A stretch of 63,271 nt of DNA, the filler included. It is 4 parts of 4 records of this genome, joined end to end, with 100 filler letters (N's around TTAATTAATTAA, not from the genome) between each part and the next. Parts side by side here need not be neighbours in the genome. Positions count along the whole stretch, not along the records: positions 56,945 to 63,271 come from SRR22947727_856; 3 more parts are not named here. One strand, written 5' to 3'. This document shows, in pieces, positions 60,693-63,271 of this stretch (positions are counted from its first letter, which is position 1; every line of letters starts with the position of its first letter). A program made the position numbers and the translations under genes. The notes beneath the pieces are model-generated. The model did not search any database. It had not been told where the DNA came from and was given only the letters and a program-made list of their open reading frames with translations.

Positions 60693-62078
60693 ATGACGCT
60701 CGAGTTTATATCAGAAGATCACGCTTCTATTCCCGTTCTGTTATGCAACAGTGACACTGTTAAAGAGGTGGTGGCGCGCCTAGCGGCGCCTGCCCAGCGC
60801 TGGATTGCCCAGCAAGGGTTTACCGGCGGCTTTGGCGAAGCCGTGCTGTGCCCAACTGCGAGCGGCGAAGCAGAACTTGCAATTTTGGGGCTGGGTGACA
60901 CGCAAAGCCGAGCGCGCAATCGCTTTATATTGGCCGCCGCCGCTGCAAAATTACCAAGCGGTGTCTATAAGCTGCCTGACCCCTTGCCTTTGGAGAACGC
61001 TGAATATGAAGTTTTAGGCTGGTTGCTTTTAGGCTACGCGTTTGACCGATATCGCTCAACCTCACGGGCGCTTCCCCGTTTAATCGCACCGTCCGGTATG
61101 GATGCGCGGCATATTGAAAGCTTGGCAAAATCTGAGGCTCTGTGCCGTGATCTGATCAATACGCCCGCATCTGATATGGGCCCCGCCGAGATTGAGGTGG
61201 CAGCCCGTCAGCTGGCGGCGCAATATCACGGAACTTCGGACGTGATCATCAGCGAGGCTTTGATCGATCAGAATTTCCCTATGATCCATGCAGTTGGGCG
61301 GGCTTCGCCGAACCCGCCGCGCTTAATCGACCTGGGCTTTGGGACGACGGGGCCAAAACTGACGCTGGTGGGCAAAGGCGTATGCTTTGATACAGGAGGG
61401 CTGAACTTAAAGCCCGGATCCTCGATGGGGTTGATGAAAAAGGATATGGGCGGTGCAGCCCATGCGTTGGCTTTGGCGCAGTTAATTTTGGATTTAAATT
61501 TACCCCTGCAGTTGCGGGTATTGATCCCGGCGGTTGAAAACGCGGTTTCCGGGGCATCTTTTAGGCCGCAGGATATTTTGATCTCGCGCAAAGGGCTTAG
61601 CGTTGAAATTAACAATACAGATGCAGAAGGAAGATTGGTGCTTGGCGATGCTCTTAGCTATGCCAGTGAAGACCAGCCGGATTTAATTGTTTCACTGGCA
61701 ACGCTGACGGGCGCCGCGCGGGTGGCGCTGGGCCCGCAGCTGGCACCCTTTTACACCAACCAAGATGCAACTTCCGAGATCTTGATGCAGGCGGGTAAAA
61801 ACAGTCTTGATCCGCTATGGCGGCTGCCGTTCTGGGAGGGCTATGAGCCGATGATCGAACCTGGCATTGCGGATCTAGACAATGCGCCGGCAGGCGGGTT
61901 TGCAGGCTCGATTACGGCGGCCCTTTTCTTAAGGCGTTTTGTTGCAGAGGCCGATAAATACATACATTTCGATATTTACGGTTGGGCGCCAAAGGCCGCC
62001 GCAGGCATCACGAAGGGGGGAACATCGCAAGGCATCCGTGCGCTGGCCTCGGCTTTGCCGAAACTTCTTTCGCTATGA
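60693..62078 (+). CDS. M17 leucyl aminopeptidase (likely start 60693)
   Basis: GKGVCFDTGG, MKKDMGG, NTDAEGRL. Confidence 0.95.
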   Translation: MTLEFISEDHASIPVLLCNSDTVKEVVARLAAPAQRWIAQQGFTGGFGEAVLCPTASGEAELAILGLGDTQSRARNRFILAAAAAKLPSGVYKLPDPLPLENAEYEVLGWLLLGYAFDRYRSTSRALPRLIAPSGMDARHIESLAKSEALCRDLINTPASDMGPAEIEVAARQLAAQYHGTSDVIISEALIDQNFPMIHAVGRASPNPPRLIDLGFGTTGPKLTLVGKGVCFDTGGLNLKPGSSMGLMKKDMGGAAHALALAQLILDLNLPLQLRVLIPAVENAVSGASFRPQDILISRKGLSVEINNTDAEGRLVLGDALSYASEDQPDLIVSLATLTGAARVALGPQLAPFYTNQDATSEILMQAGKNSLDPLWRLPFWEGYEPMIEPGIADLDNAPAGGFAGSITAALFLRRFVAEADKYIHFDIYGWAPKAAAGITKGGTSQGIRALASALPKLLSL

Positions 62079-62911
62079 GGGATCCCAGACTTTTAGCCTG
62101 CAATGGCCGCGTGGCCGCGCTTGAGCTACAAGGCAAGGTGCAAGCCGAGCGATTTGTTGAAGGCTGGCCACAACAGGTTGCCGGTGGCCTTGGCAATTTA
62201 TGCAACGCTCCAGCGGGCGCGATGCAGCGGCAACTCTATCCCGGAGAACAAGTAACCGTCTATGACGAGCACGCGGGCTGGAGTTTTGTAAAAGCCCATG
62301 CGCATGGTTATGTTGGATATATAAAATCACAGCAACTTCAGCCTTCAAGCCAAGCGCCAAGCACCCATTATATCTCAGTGCCAATTAGCCATTCTTACAG
62401 GCAGTGTGATATGAAGTCGGGCACCACAGCGCTTTTGGTGATGGGGAGTCAACTCCAAAACCTAAAAGAAGAGATTGGCTTTATAAAAACCCAGTTCGGC
62501 TGGGTGCCCAAGCAGCATGTAAAGGCGTTAACCAATCCGCCGTCAGACCCGGTGGCCGTTGCGGAACAATTGTTGGGCGTTCCCTATCTTTGGGGGGGCG
62601 ACAGCGCATTGGGAATTGATTGCTCGGGCCTTGTTCGATTGAGTCACATGATTTGCGCGCATAACTGCCCGGCTGACAGTGATTTACAACAGCGCGCGTT
62701 GGGGGCCGTTTTATCGCCAGATGCAGCGTTGCAACGCGGCGATCTCGTGTTTTGGAAAGGCCATGTGGCGCTGATGGTCAGCGAAGCAAAGTTGATTCAT
62801 GCCAATGCGCATCGAATGTCTGTAACTTATGAAACCTTATCAGAGGCTATCTCTCGTATTGCATTGGCCGGTGAGGGCGATGTTATTTTGAAAAAGCGGC
62901 TGTTCCTTTGA
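62075..62911 (+). CDS. NlpC/P60 (C40) peptidase with SH3-like domains (likely start 62075)
   Basis: PYLWGG..GIDCSG, GDLVFWKGHV, IHA; ATGA overlap with the upstream gene. Confidence 0.92.
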   Translation: MRDPRLLACNGRVAALELQGKVQAERFVEGWPQQVAGGLGNLCNAPAGAMQRQLYPGEQVTVYDEHAGWSFVKAHAHGYVGYIKSQQLQPSSQAPSTHYISVPISHSYRQCDMKSGTTALLVMGSQLQNLKEEIGFIKTQFGWVPKQHVKALTNPPSDPVAVAEQLLGVPYLWGGDSALGIDCSGLVRLSHMICAHNCPADSDLQQRALGAVLSPDAALQRGDLVFWKGHVALMVSEAKLIHANAHRMSVTYETLSEAISRIALAGEGDVILKKRLFL

Positions 62912-63224
62912 CGCAGCGGTGAAGAACGGGCAAAGTTGAACGGTTGAGCAAATTTGCGCGGAATAAAAAAGTGTGATTTGCTTTAAACGTGACGAGCTGA
63001 TGTGGTTTTTAGTGAAGTTTGCAGCGATAATCAGGGGCAACCCTGCGCCCTAATAAAAAAGTGTGCATTTTTGCTAAGCTATTCGCTTGCAGCTGGTCTA
63101 TGTGGGAAAGCCGCTGACTTAATCAGTGTTCCCAGCGATTTGCAGCCTTGAGAATTGTATTAAGCGGCATATGTTGGATAATGAACTTGACCTAGTTTAG
63201 GAATAAGCCTAAATCGAGCGCGTT

Positions 63225-63271
63225 GGCGGAGTAGCTCAGGCGGTTAGAGCAGCGGAATCATAATCCGCGTG
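63225..63271 (+). tRNA. tRNA-Met(CAT), elongator type, 5' part
   Basis: GGCGGAGTAGCTCAGGCGGTTAGAGCA-GCGGA-ATCATAA-TCCGC; TTGACC -35 at 63187. Confidence 0.92.

Overview
The window is not one genome. It holds four unrelated contigs joined by artificial 100-nt spacers (N44-TTAATTAATTAA-N44 at 14412-14511, 36354-36453, 56845-56944). (1) 1-14411: very AT-rich, compact Flavobacteriaceae core DNA (mraZ-rsmH-ftsL-ftsI, engB, gldBC, nadE, dnaG, rlmN, queA, aroA, dtd, rsgA). (2) 14512-36353: a second flavobacterium. It shows an island edge marked by a tRNA-Pro 3' fragment, and a rhodanese + sulfide:quinone oxidoreductase module with two GTAAC-N4-GTTAC operators and a Cys-Cys-Cys leader ORF/terminator. 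It also carries trxB, padR-pspC, oxyR, sodC and several deletion stubs. (3) 36454-56844: GC-richer, Verrucomicrobia-like DNA (plsY-gpsA, LysR, sulfatase, frameshifted GrpE-like gene, UvrD/Rep, hemB, alpha-2-macroglobulin-pbpC). Both ends run into the same hairpin repeat, which lies in-frame in gene 5' ends. Joining the two ends across the repeat rebuilds a complete signal peptide for the macroglobulin. (4) 56945-63271: Rhodobacteraceae-like DNA between tRNA-Leu and tRNA-Met (NDUFA9-like, asd, carbonic anhydrase, M17 peptidase, NlpC/P60). Taxonomic and family calls come from motif recognition only; no searches were run. No CRISPR array, integrase or transposase was seen.
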